44,791 nt of DNA, taken from the NCBI GenBank assembly GCA_051942245.1, contig JAVECL010000141.1, positions 1-44,791 on the forward strand. The letters run 5' to 3'. The notes under the pieces were generated by a model. It was not told the DNA's origin. It did not search any database and worked only from the letters and a program-made list of their open reading frames with translations. The stretch is from Trypethelium eluteriae. Taxonomy: Eukaryota. Of the stretch, positions 24,813 through 37,018 are shown in pieces (position 1 is the first letter of the stretch; each line of letters opens with the position of its first letter). Position numbers and translations under genes: made by a program.

Positions 24813-26600
24813 ATGGAAAAACAATATGTCTCGGATCGTCCGGTCAAATTGTCATGTAATGAAGATCTTAGTGTTGAGTTCGGTAGCGATGCAATCGTGG
24901 AGCAGCTCTCTCGGCTTGGGTTGACCTACATCGCACTTGTTCCTGGGTCAAGCTATCGAGGAATTCACGATAGCTTGATCAACTACAACGGCAACAAAGA
25001 GCCTCAGATGTTACTTTGCCTTCACGAAGAGCATTCAATAGCCATTGCTCATGGCTACGCAAAAGTCACCGAGCGACCAATGGCCGCTGCCGTGCACGCC
25101 AATGTTGGTCTTCAACATGCTGCAATGGCGATTTATAACGCGTTCGCAGATCGGACCCCCGTAGTCGTGCTAGGAGCCACCGGTCCAGTGGACAATGCCA
25201 AGAAGCGTCCTTGGATTGACTGGATTCATTCCGCCACCGACCAAGCAGCGATAGTCCGGCCATACACCAAATTCGACGATGAACCGCGATCTGTCAACGC
25301 TGCTCTGAATAGCTTGCTTCGCTGCGCATCTCTCTCTATGGAGAAGCCTTGCGCGCCCACTTATCTGTGCATGGACGTACGTCTGCAGGAAGACAGGATC
25401 GACCCAAATACTCTTAAATTCCCAAAAACCGACAGATTCCTGCACAAGGGGTTGGTCGGACCATCACAGAAGGATATCAACTCGGTCACTGCGGAGCTTC
25501 GATCGGCAAACAGGCCGCTTTTTCTTTTCGGTAGAGTCGATCGTTCCCAGGAAGGTTGGCAGGACCGCATCTCGCTTGCGGAGATATGCAAAGCCCGTGT
25601 CATGACAGATCTGAAGCAGGCATGCGCCTTTCCAACGGCACATGCACTTCATGCTTGCCCACCGGGCGTTTTCAACTCTCCACGTGCGTCCGAGACGATT
25701 CGAACAGCGGACTTGATTATATCCTTCGACTGGATTGACCTGGCAGGCACACTAAGTGCGGCCTGGGGCGATGCAGAGCCTTCCAATAGGATTGTACACA
25801 TCAGTCTCGACAGCATCCTTCACAACGGTTGGTCAAAAGATCACTTTGGCCATCCGCCGGTTGACATTCCCATATTCGCGGACCCAAATAATTCTGTGAA
25901 GTGTCTCCTGCAGGAACTTCGATCTGCTCCGCTCGAACCATTCGTCACATGGGCCGAAACATCTCAGCCCCTGCCATCACCCAACGGCGAAAAGACGACC
26001 GAGAAAATTTTCATGAGTGATCTTGCGTCCGTACTCTATACAGTCTTGCCCCCTGACGACATGTGCCTGGTCCGAGTGCCGCTTGGTTGGAGGGGCGATG
26101 ACTTACGCGCGACACATCCTCTTAGCTTCTTAGGCCAAGACGGCGGAGCCGGCATCGGGTCTGGGCCGGGTCAAGCCGTTGGTGCTGCGCTCGCGCTCAA
26201 AGACTCCCCCTTGGTTCCGGTAGCTATTCTAGGAGACGGTGACTTCCTTATGGCATCATCTGCACTATGGACCGCTTCTCGATATCGGTTGCCGCTTCTG
26301 GTGATAGTTGCAAACAATGCATCCTTCTTCAACGATGAGGTCCATCAGGAGCGTGTCGCGCGTGAGAGATGTCGACCTCTAGAAAACAAGTGGATCGGCA
26401 TCAGGTTGGACGATCCGCTGCCAGATATAACGCAAAATGCGAAGAGCTTTGGACTATCCACTCCTGCTGGAGGCCAGGTCAAAGAGAAGAGCAAGTTAGG
26501 AGATGTACTCCTGAAAGCAGTCCAAGAAGCGAAAACGGGAAAGGCGGTACTTGTGGATATGCAGGTGTTGCCTGATGGGTACGGGGCTACAATGAAGTAG
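24813..26600 (+). CDS. Thiamine diphosphate-dependent enzyme (acetolactate synthase / benzoylformate decarboxylase-like superfamily), intronless
   Basis: PGSS, LHEE (catalytic Glu) with AHGYAK, and GDGDF...NN ThDP/Mg motif; single exon. First in-frame ATG is at 24813. Confidence 0.92.
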   Translation: MEKQYVSDRPVKLSCNEDLSVEFGSDAIVEQLSRLGLTYIALVPGSSYRGIHDSLINYNGNKEPQMLLCLHEEHSIAIAHGYAKVTERPMAAAVHANVGLQHAAMAIYNAFADRTPVVVLGATGPVDNAKKRPWIDWIHSATDQAAIVRPYTKFDDEPRSVNAALNSLLRCASLSMEKPCAPTYLCMDVRLQEDRIDPNTLKFPKTDRFLHKGLVGPSQKDINSVTAELRSANRPLFLFGRVDRSQEGWQDRISLAEICKARVMTDLKQACAFPTAHALHACPPGVFNSPRASETIRTADLIISFDWIDLAGTLSAAWGDAEPSNRIVHISLDSILHNGWSKDHFGHPPVDIPIFADPNNSVKCLLQELRSAPLEPFVTWAETSQPLPSPNGEKTTEKIFMSDLASVLYTVLPPDDMCLVRVPLGWRGDDLRATHPLSFLGQDGGAGIGSGPGQAVGAALALKDSPLVPVAILGDGDFLMASSALWTASRYRLPLLVIVANNASFFNDEVHQERVARERCRPLENKWIGIRLDDPLPDITQNAKSFGLSTPAGGQVKEKSKLGDVLLKAVQEAKTGKAVLVDMQVLPDGYGATMK

Positions 26601-27261
26601 CTTTCGCATTGCCTATAGCTCACGCTTGTCATGTAGAAATCTTTACCTCCGTCGTCTCATCAGCTGCTGGCATGGGACTGTGTATACAGATTCCTTGAAT
26701 TGCTTGCGTTGACCAAAGCAAGACGCGGAAGAGCATTTAGGTAGCGGGGCCACAAGATCATCTCGGCAGACACGCGGGTTTGACACCACGGCTCCGTGAG
26801 CTCCTCAAATGGTGGTGTGCCAAGGGCAAGTCAGTATCAGAAGGCCGATCAGCTATCAAAGAATAAAGCTACACATTAGAATGCATGAGCGAGGGTTGAT
26901 CCACGTCGTTCTTCGGTTGAAGGCTGGCTCTCACTGGTCCTGTCCGGCTTAATTTTATCATTCACAAGATTCACAATCATCATGAATAACACGAGTATCA
27001 ATCCTAGCTGATATTTCCATTCCTGTTCGAAATTTATTCCCGGGAAACCCTGCGGGCCTACTCGGTTTTACACACCCCAACCCGCCAAGTCATTTCTGGA
27101 ACCCCCACGCGAGGCCCGCCACTCGTTAACCCTGACTCCATGTTAGGATACCAAAAATGATGAAGACCCAGAAGAGATCTTAGTCTTGTTCGTAACCGAT
27201 TAAAAGACTCGGTGAAGTAAGACTTTGTCGCCAAATGGTCTCTAGAACTTGACAGCAAACC

Positions 27262-29422
27262 TTACGCTGAGTGCGCGTAATGTTTTGGAGTCTCGCGCTT
27301 TCTCACATGGAAAGCCAGAAGGGGATGAGGAATCCTCAATGGTCCCCATGCAAAAGAGGTGGGTATGTTGTCCCTAGCGAGCTTGAAGTCGTAGTCCATT
27401 ATCAAGTGTGCAATGATCATCTTGCTCATGTCAGCGACATAGAACCGCGCAGGACTAAGCAATCGTGTCAGTACTCCTTCATCCGAGACAAGATGAATTG
27501 TCTTTGAGGATTCCCGGCCACCCCGGAGGCCGTCTTTCCAAGGGAGACAACCTACCATGCCTGCTTTACCGAACCCCAAAAAGGAAATTGCCAGCTAGGA
27601 TGGGAGAATCGGGATTCGGAGCGTGTACCCTCACTGCCCTGTGAGGCGAAGCGAAAGCCATGGAAGGTCTCAGCATCGTCGTAGTTGGCAGAATCCGTCA
27701 TCTGTGCTTTCTGTGGAACCACTATCCAGTTGTCCGGCGGGACGTGGGTACCGTTGGAAAAGGTAAAAGGTGACAATACTTTCCTTGGCATACCAACTGC
27801 AGGTTTGTCAGTCACTCGGATCGAACAAGGGATTCATTCTACAGATTGGTATGGGAGCTATACAGATGGTCACGGGGTTCAGCCGTCCGGTCTCTTTGAG
27901 GAAGCTGTCAAGGAGAGGCAGTTCGTTGTTTTTATTGTTCAGATGAACTCCACCCGATTGCAGCAGCTCATCCCGCAGAGGCGGCAGGTATTCTGGATGC
28001 ATGCAAAGGTTGTACATAGCGAAGGAAATCAACTGCTTTCACGTCAGGATCGTACTTCCGTTGACACGTACTGAGAGACATACCATCGGCATCTGATAGC
28101 CTGAACCAAAGATGTAAGCCAAAGTCTGTTGAGCAACATCCTCGGCCGAAGCTCGTCTTTGAGACTGAATGATCCATTGAATTGTATCCATCTTTACAGC
28201 CGCTTCAGCTAATTGAGATATCGAGATTGTTCTGATTGCCTGCTTACCGGTCCTTGGTCTTTAATTATATTGGCACCCAGACGCTTTTTGGCCAATGAAA
28301 CGAGATATTTAGTGACATTTTGTGTCACCCGAGTTGCCTTCATAAACAGCCAGCCTACCAAACTGTGGTTGAAGTATTAGCTTGCTCACATCTTCAAGAT
28401 CAATCAACGTACGGAAACAGAAATTGTGGTGTGAACTGTAATATCTCTTCACAGATTCCTGACCAAGTTAGATACTTTACTACGTTCTCGAAAAATTCCG
28501 AGTCACTCGCTGGCATCTGGTAAGCCTGATTTCTCTACGAAAGACCCTTGGGTTCTTCCTACCTAATTCGTCGCCGACTAGAAGTATGTTATTGATTCGT
28601 ATGGTTAGTCTATTGATCGTGGATCGAGCAGTGACTTCTGTCCATCCTGTAGAATAATGTCAGCATGAGCCGTTCATCCTCGCGCTATCGCTTTCAAGTA
28701 TGAGGTACTGACCGTCTTTCGTATTTTGACTTTGTAGCTCTCTGGTCAAGGCTTCTTTTAGTCTTCGTTGTAGAAGAGGCTGTAGACTTGGGAGATGCAG
28801 CCTGGCGTGGTATCGAAAGACTTTTTGAGAAAGACTGCCGTCTCTATCCATACCATCAAGCTTCAGACCGTCTACAGTCTGTTCTGGGAACGCCCTCTGT
28901 TTTCTTTTCATCAGCACCAAAACACCGGATTACAAGGCCGAAGGAATACTGACCTCCCATAGTGCCTCTCGAAGGGAAATCTGATGGATCGACGCATTGG
29001 TCAACTCTTCTACTAGCTTTTTCGAAGAGACGCAGACTTGATACCGCCGCAGAAAGGGTATCATGTAAGATGTTCCGCCACCCTGAAAACCACATCAATC
29101 TAGGAAACCAGTTGAGGTATATCAAAGGTACTTTTGTATATGCTTCTTCGTAAATTTCCTGGGCTGCGTAACAATAACGGATGCCTGTGAGCCACTTCCC
29201 AATAATCGAATCTGTTCCAATAACTCCGACGCCTTTCTAAGATCCATTCAGTCTATGTCTTAATAACCTTGGAAAACAACCACCACTTCTAGTGGGAAAA
29301 TAACGCACCGGGCAGCGAATTTTGGAGGTTAGCAGCATCTTCCTAGCCTCCCATAAGGCAATCACTAATAACGAGAAATACAACAGCAACCATTCATCAT
29401 ACCCGCTCTTCATGAATGCCAT
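27262..29422 (-). CDS. Cytochrome P450 of secondary-metabolism type, multi-exon
   Basis: N-terminal TM anchor; LDSFLKETGR (ExxR); FHGFRF; heme motif WGSVKQAC-PARF with the Cys codon split by intron 27455-27555. The exons I traced join in frame. Confidence 0.9.
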
Positions 29423-31435
29423 AGACTGATAAGCTATTATGTAGTGAAGACTCAAATCACCCGGAAGCTGCTGTTGATACAGGGTGGTTGGAATGGGATC
29501 TGACGTGTCTAGAGAAGATTACCCTGGAATGCCGGCAGGCGACAAAGTTCGATTTACACAATAAAATTTATCTTGAAGTATCTACCCCTAGCCTTATTAA
29601 TATCAGACCGTCTCCAAACTAGGATGACACGTCATGGCTACTGTAACGTGATTAGTCTATATTAAGAAGCGGATCATCTGTGACGGATTGGAGCGTATCA
29701 ATGTAACCATCCGATCATTTGCATCCAAGGAGGTTAGATGTTTCATATTATAACATCAGCCTTTCATCTTTCCATAGGCTTGAGGCTAGTTCTCTACTAC
29801 ACCAGGCACGGGCAGGTTTAGCTGGTTGAAGTTTGTCTTGCCTATCAGTAATACTACAAAGGCTCCCGGATTCACAACATAAAGCAAATGCCGCAAAAAT
29901 CTATGTGACAGAAATAATTCTCCCTCTAATATGGGTATTACAAGGAGTTCTCTGTTGGGCGCAACTGACGACATGTTGCAGTCAATAGTGCTGGTAGGAA
30001 TGCAAACAATTTCAGCTTGCTCAACCACACGGTTGCCCGCAAACACATGCATGCTGGCTTGAGTTGTATTGAATGCTAGCTGTTGCTTTAATATGGCAAG
30101 TTCCGTCCAACCATTTTGTGTCATTTCGTATGTGACACGTTTACATTCTTCTAACCTTCAGCTCCTCCATCAAATCTTTCAAGTCTCTCGTCATGATATA
30201 AGTGCATTAGACCAACAAAGATGTGAGACATCAATATCCAGCGCGATATCAGCACTAGAGTAGGTCGGTGCAAGGGATAACATGAGTTGTCTTAATCATG
30301 TACCATTCACGAGAGAAGGAATCCGAAAATGATGCCGAAGCGCGTTATGCAGCCTAAGCCTTCAAACGGTGCATCTAGGCTCTCAGATTTGCCTTTTTCA
30401 CGCTTGAAAGACGATGCAAGTTGCCATTCTCGATGCGCGATTAAATCTTCTTTCCTGCAGTGGAACATCACGTAAGCCAGTACCCAAGACAACACCCGGA
30501 CTCCACACTGTATCGTATCAGATGAACGACCCAATGCATTGGCACACCTATCACTAACCTTGTCTCACTGGTTCTGGGGTTCCGGTGTAGATAATGCTGT
30601 GTGGGACTCTGCAGACTCCTTCACGGATCTGCAAACAGCTTCTTGGAATAAACCCATGGCTGAATGACCGAATCATAATGAGGTTATACCTTTGAGTTTG
30701 GTAGTCTCGAAAGACTTAGATTGCAATCGAAAGCGCCAAAATTGCACTTAGAGACGTACCAGTGGCTATTTCCCCCCCTTTTTTTTCTCTTGTGTTTATC
30801 TAAAAAGGCCCAGTCTCATAAGCTATCAACTCGTCTCCAAGCTGGGAAACTTCCTCGAAGCAACTTTCACAGAGCCCACGATCGAACGTACATGCCAGTG
30901 TGACAGATATTGGCTGGATAACTCCTATTTCAAAATTCAGATTCCACCAGACTTGGATCACCATGAACATGAACCATGAGAAAAGCAAGTCTTTGAATGG
31001 GTAGCTGAGCAATAAGGGGAGAGAAATAGTATCATTACTCAAGCTACAGGATAAGTACGTATAATCGTGGCAAAGTGCTTCATTGAGCTTATCTAGTCCT
31101 CAAATCTGGGTTAGCGGTACCAGTCCTCGCCATCCTGCGAGATGTGAAGATTACCTACGCGAATTTATGTGGGTAGACTTTTCTATCACTTGTGCCTGAG
31201 TCTTAGACTTCATGGAAGGAAAGACCCTTGAATGTAGAGCGCGAAAAGTTGAAAGCAACGTGACGATGATACGTTAACTTTGCCCGACTCTGGTCAGCAA
31301 TTGATACTGTGGCAAACCAAAGCTAAAATGTAGCTTCGCAATTATGAGATCGATTTTGACAGAGCGTTTGAGTCGACAGAAAGTATGGTTGTCGCCGTTT
31401 CTCAAGTTTGAGCTCATATCCTCCGATGTCTACGT

Positions 31436-33042
31436 CTAATCTCCTGGGAGAGGAATGCCGTTTAGGGGATTTATCTCTATAGCACCACTACCAGCAATCC
31501 GTGTCTTTGTCGTAAGATGACCTCCTAGCTCGATATCGTGAATACTGCTGAAGCTAGAGGCTTCCCTAGATATTTCTCTAGGCTCACCTTCGTTCAGATT
31601 CTTGAAGGGATGCTTGTGAGGTTCAGAAGTCAGAGGTGTCGTACTCGAACTACTACGTCCTGTCCCGAAAAGTCGCATCTTGAATGAAAGTAGCGAGTCA
31701 ATGATGCTAAAATCCGGGAACTTGCTACGGACGAGTTTTGACAACGAGGGCATACAGGAAGCAATGACGCCAACGCTTATTTCAGAGAGGCTAAATCGAT
31801 GTTAAACAAGATCGGCGACGTAGAGGTGGTATCATACTGACAGGCAGATGTTTACCGGTATTGAAACCCACGTAGCATCAGCGGTATTGTTCAGTCGGAT
31901 CTTGTAATAGAGGCCGAAGAACGAGGAAATACATGCGCTGTGCGTCAACATCAGCGAGGTTACGAACGAATGGGTGAAGACGCTCAACAAACATACGCAA
32001 AGCCCGTAAGGAAAACTAGGAACACGCCCAGTTTGCGACGGCCGGAAAGCTTCAATTTTGCAAGTCCCAACATCGGGAGCACAAACGTGTGTATATCAAT
32101 ACCAAAACTAGTCGCTGTGATTGGAATTGATAAATAATGAAGGGGCTTTAGATCCCGTGGATCCTGACCCATCTCAAGCCATGATTCACCAGGATGAGGG
32201 GTTGCCAGGGCAAGCTGAGCTATTAGGAAACTCGGAAACGTGATAGCCGTGAAGACGAGTCCAGAATAACACAGAATCCGTAACCACTTGAAAGGCCGGA
32301 AAAGTTGTAGGTAGAAGATAAAAAACGTGATTTTAGCGAATGGAAGAATCAGGGTGGCGAACCAGTTCAGAATGTAGACGTTCTACGGGACGATGTCAGA
32401 CTAGTCGCTTCCCTCTAAATATGGGAATAGCCCGACCTACCACTGCAAACCATGGCTCAACCGAGTCAAGGACAGAAATGTCCCAGGCGTGTCTCCCATA
32501 CTTCCCCTTGGTAATAGCTAGATCAGGTATCAGAATTGGCGACTACGCCTTCGTTGTTTGTAAGGCATACCGAGAGTCGTGATTACCCAGTGTGTAATGG
32601 CACCAAACTGCGGAACCAAAGGTCAACAGTTCTTCTGCGTATGGCAATTAGTAGTCGAAAAATCAAAAGCATTCCTTACCGCCGCAAGGAAAGAGGTCAC
32701 TGTAGCTGTATCAGTCTTTTTTTCATGTCGGTCAGGAGAGTAAAGTTCCTTACAATCATCCCACGAGCGTTGACCGATTATACGGAATTTCGTATGAAGT
32801 CTGACGACAAGAAGTACCAGCATCGTAGGTAGTATAACTCCACCAAAAATGATAAAAGACTTTCCAAAATTCGGTGGATCAATGAAATTCGACTCTACAC
32901 CCGGCGGAGGGGGGACGAGGGGGTACTGGGCAAGCAAGGAGTCGGGTGGATGATCTGGTGTAGACATGGCTGGAGTAAGATTCCAAAAATCTGAATGTTC
33001 AGTCGATACTTGCTGCCAGTCTAAGTCGTGGAGGGAATCCAT
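31436..33042 (-). CDS. PTH11-like (fungal rhodopsin-domain) integral membrane protein without CFEM
   Basis: PPPPGVESNFIDP, VRLHTK...WDD, GRHAWDI, AKITFFIFYLQLF, DIHTFVLP, K.GV...F..G and C.P motifs; introns; Ser-rich tail. Confidence 0.88.
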
Positions 33043-34452
33043 TTAGGAATGGGCTCACTCAAGAGAAATTTGAATGCCTATCCCGACTCATTGATCTTGG
33101 CCTTGGCCCCATCCTCAAGTAGGACATAGCAATGCAGTGCTTGGACCAGAAGCGGAAAATTGAAATGCATCCATGGCGCATAAAGGTGAGAAAGCTGAGG
33201 CAGGAAAAGAAAGATTTGTCTGACCGGGCTAGCCATGCAGGCTAACATCGAAGCGACAACGGTGCATCCATGATGTCGAAAGCTTCCGAAAGAGAACACG
33301 ACTGAGCAAGCGCCAACATTGTCTCAAATTCGTGTACAGAGCAGGAGCATTTACCACCAATGGTACAGTGGCTGAACGTGCCGTCGGAGTGTCAGAACGT
33401 CGATCGAGATGACAGACAACATCATTCGCCATCAACACGGGGACGACCGTCCTTCAGCCTTAAACCGCGGTATCATAGGAAGACTAAGTTTGCACGAACG
33501 CTACCGGCTTCCAACGATTTCACGGAAAGCCCTCGTCCCAGGGACTGACGGTGATGCAAGTAGCCGCTGTTGCCTACGTGAGGCGATATTGGCTACGACA
33601 GAGTACCCGACGCCATCGCCGATACACGATGGACCAGTCAATGTGCTGCTGGCTATAGAATCATTGCGTGTTGAATCTTATTTGACAAGGGAAGGCTCTT
33701 GAATTCTGAGAAATTCCATGTTGATGTTACTACAGATTCGTGGAGGATCAAGCACGGGCCGCGATGGGTCTCGGTCCGATCCGTGTAGTAAGGATGCTTC
33801 AATCTATAGTACTCTACGTTAGTACCTCCGTACTCCGTACCATGCGCCTTTGTCTCGGTCAGGAGGACGATTAGAACCTGGAAACGCAATCCTGCGCTGA
33901 GATGGAAAGAGATGCATGAAACGTTTGCCTGGAATGCTACCAGCCGTAGAGTTGCATGAGGTGCGGAAAACAAAGCTCAAGCCCACGTTCTGGATGAAGT
34001 AGATTGATGTAAGTAGGGCTGTAGGGCTCCCGGCCCGTGCCTATTGATGCATGAGACTTGCATATCTGCTGTGAACCACGTTCTTCAGACGGGAGTGCTG
34101 ACTGCATTCACCTAATCCGGCAGTGCATAAGGTACTACAGGCAATGTTGTTCTGATCGTGATGTTGTGTGGCACACTGCCTTGAATGCGGCAAGGGAAGC
34201 AACAGGTGAACACATCACTTTGGAGGCAATAGCGAAGCTCCTAGTGATCACGACCAGCCCCACTTGCCTTCACCAAACACTACCAGAACCCTGTGCTTGG
34301 CCCTTGACTACCTAAGTAGCTAGGTAGGTACCTAGTGTGGTGAATGCCTATTAATAAGCAAATCGACAACCGATCCTTTCTGCACTCATTTGACGCTCAG
34401 ATCCATCGAAAAGCTTCCTCACCCTTCATATATTCGCCAACGAGCTCTGGCA

Positions 34453-36588
34453 ATGTGGTGGCCATTTGCTCTCAAATATCCTGAGCGACAGCCAGAAGAC
34501 GTTGATGCCAATGAATATGATTACGTTATAATTGGAGGTATTGAATGCTACCCTAACTTCTTCTGCGGCTCATTTTGCCATTCCTAGACGAGCTAACTAC
34601 CTAACGATATAGGCGGCACCGCGGGTTGCGCTCTCGCTTCACGACTGAGCGAGGATCCTAGCGTTTCAATCCTCCTTCTGGAGCGCGGTGTTGCTAACAA
34701 TACCTGGATCTCCCGCGTTCCCCTAATATCATCCAACATCCTCAATCCAGAGACGGGCGCCGTGAACTGGTACAGTGAGCCTATGAAGGAATGTGATGAC
34801 CGGAAAAGCCTTATCTTCCGTGGGGACGTACTCGGTGGTAGCTCTCGAGTCAACGCCATGGTTTATACGCGCGGAAGTGTCGCCGATTATGACATATGGA
34901 GTTCGATGGGACATCCCGAATGGAGCTACGAGAAGGTGCTGCCATACTTCAAGAAGGCCGAAATGGTCCTTGACCAGTCCAAGTCAGATGCTCGTGGCAG
35001 ATCCGGTGCGTACATGCGCCAATGCTCCAACATGCCTCTTGTAATGACATTTGTACAGATCCATGGATCAACCAGACCATTGAGCCTTCCAATTGGCCAT
35101 TTAGAGTAGTTCGCGTGTGAGGGAAGATCCTATACCATAGGTTTCATCCTGTCTCTAATCAATTGCAGGGCTAAGGAATGCGCTGAAGCTTTAGGGTTTC
35201 ATCATATCACCGACACGAACTCGACAGACGCTCTTTGCGATGGATTCGCCACACTCGACTTGACCATCGATCAGAACATGCAGAGAGTGTCAACTTTGGA
35301 GGCATTCCTACCTAGAGAAACCGCTTTGAAGAGGGAGAAGAATTTGAGCATCTGCACAGCATCCATTGTATCTCGCATTGAATTTTCAAGGGAGAAGGCT
35401 AATTCTCGTGCTAAAAGAGTGCATTTCCAGAGTAGCATCTCAAAATCTAGGAAGACATTCTCGGTCAATGTGAAGAAAGAGGTTATTGTATGTTCGGGAG
35501 CCACTGGCTCACCTCAGGTTCTAATGCTCAGGTAAGGCCAGCTTCCCTGAATTTTCGGGCCATCAAGAGTCGCTCTATGGATATATGCAGCGAGTCTGAC
35601 TTCTGTTTATAGTGGTATTGGACCCCGCAAGCACCTAGAAGAACACGACATCGATGTCGTGCGTGACCTGCCAGGGGTTGGATCCGAACTAGTAGGTTTT
35701 CTTTTCATATATCACGCTGCAGAACCTAATCTTCTTCTGTAGTGGGATCATGTATCCGTCCCGGTTACCTGGGAGGTCCCGGTCGTCGAGTCGGTAACGT
35801 ACATAGCGACTTCTCCTTTAAAAGGCGCTTTGGAATTCTTCAAGTACCTTCTCACCCGGACTGGCGTTCTCAGCTTTCCCTTCCAGGTCGCTTCATTGTT
35901 CGTTAGGAGCTCATCTCTCGATGATCAAACCTCGGAATTCACACCTGGTATTCCTTCAAAGCCACCAGACCCGGGTGATGGTGCTTCCGTGCTTCGTAAT
36001 CACGACCACCTTCCTGACATCGAGATCATGCCTTTGGCAACTAGTGCCGTAGATGACTTGGAGGAGCATAAAGCCCGTTTCGCGAAGATCGGCGTTTTCT
36101 CCTTCCTAGCAACTTTGTTGCGGCCAAAGTCCCGTGGCACTGTCCGACTCAGAAGTGTCGACCCTCTCGATCGACCAAAAGTCGAGCTTGGCTTCATGGC
36201 CGACGCTGAGGATATTGCATTGGCAAGAAAGGCCATTCGTCTATCGCTGAGGCTGGGCGATGAAATGAAAGCGCAGGGATTCCCACTCATCCGTGGCATT
36301 ACTGCTCCTGAGTCGACCGCAAACGACGCTGAACTGGACGCATTGATCAAAAGCCGGGCACGGACAACGTATCACTATTCGAGCACATGTCGCATGGCTC
36401 CAGAGATTGATCCACTAGCTCCAGGCGTGGTGGACGACGCCCTGCGCGTTCATGGAATACCAAACCTACGCGTCTGCGACGCCAGCATCTTCCCACACAT
36501 TATATCAACGCACTTGCAGGCGCCGGTGGTCATGGTGGCAGAGAAATGCGCAGATATGATCAAGGAGTCTCATGCAACAAAGATATAA
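34453..36588 (+). CDS. GMC oxidoreductase (AA3-like), multi-exon
   Basis: YDYVIIG|GGTAGCALASRLSE, LGGSSRVNAMVYTRG, SGATGSPQVLML, TTYHYSSTCRM, GVVD..LRVHG..NLRVCDASIFP. Confidence 0.95.
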
Positions 36589-37018
36589 CTCCTCGTGAGT
36601 ACTCAGGGTGCCTATGCGTGCGGTGCCCGTCTCAAGTAGTAGAATGTTAGTCATAGGGATATCTCAGAAATTCTGCTAGAGTAGACCACTACACTAGCTT
36701 TGCATGTTCGTCTTCTCTGTACATGCTAACACGATGTCGAAAGCTCCTTCCGGTGCTTGTTCCATAATATAAAGTGCACTGAGAAGTGAAGATTAGTCGT
36801 CCCTTCTATTTTTACCCAGCGTCATTTGCTGCTCAGTTCCCTCGACGATTAGCCGTCTGGATGTTCGAGATGGTGGGGCGCCCGGGCCAGCGCCGGCGCC
36901 TGGCTTCGGAAGGCAACCAACCACTCACCGCCTTTTGCCATGCCTGAATTTTGCCGCATATTTTGGCGACTTGAATCTTGGAAATGCATTGTGCCTTGAA
37001 GTGAGAATCTTACTGAAA

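Noticed and set aside
29642..29756. Possible second solo LTR (TGTAACG...TAACA)
   Set aside because: No matching TSD, weak inverted termini, too short.
1..36600. Calling the region a Starship element
   Set aside because: No captain recombinase or diagnostic boundary in the window; kept only as a hypothesis.
36935..37018. N-terminal extension of the DRS1 ORF, and separate ORFs at 38930-39561
   Set aside because: The extension starts at TTG and the first ATG is 37019; the downstream ORFs are exon 2 of DRS1 or its shadows.
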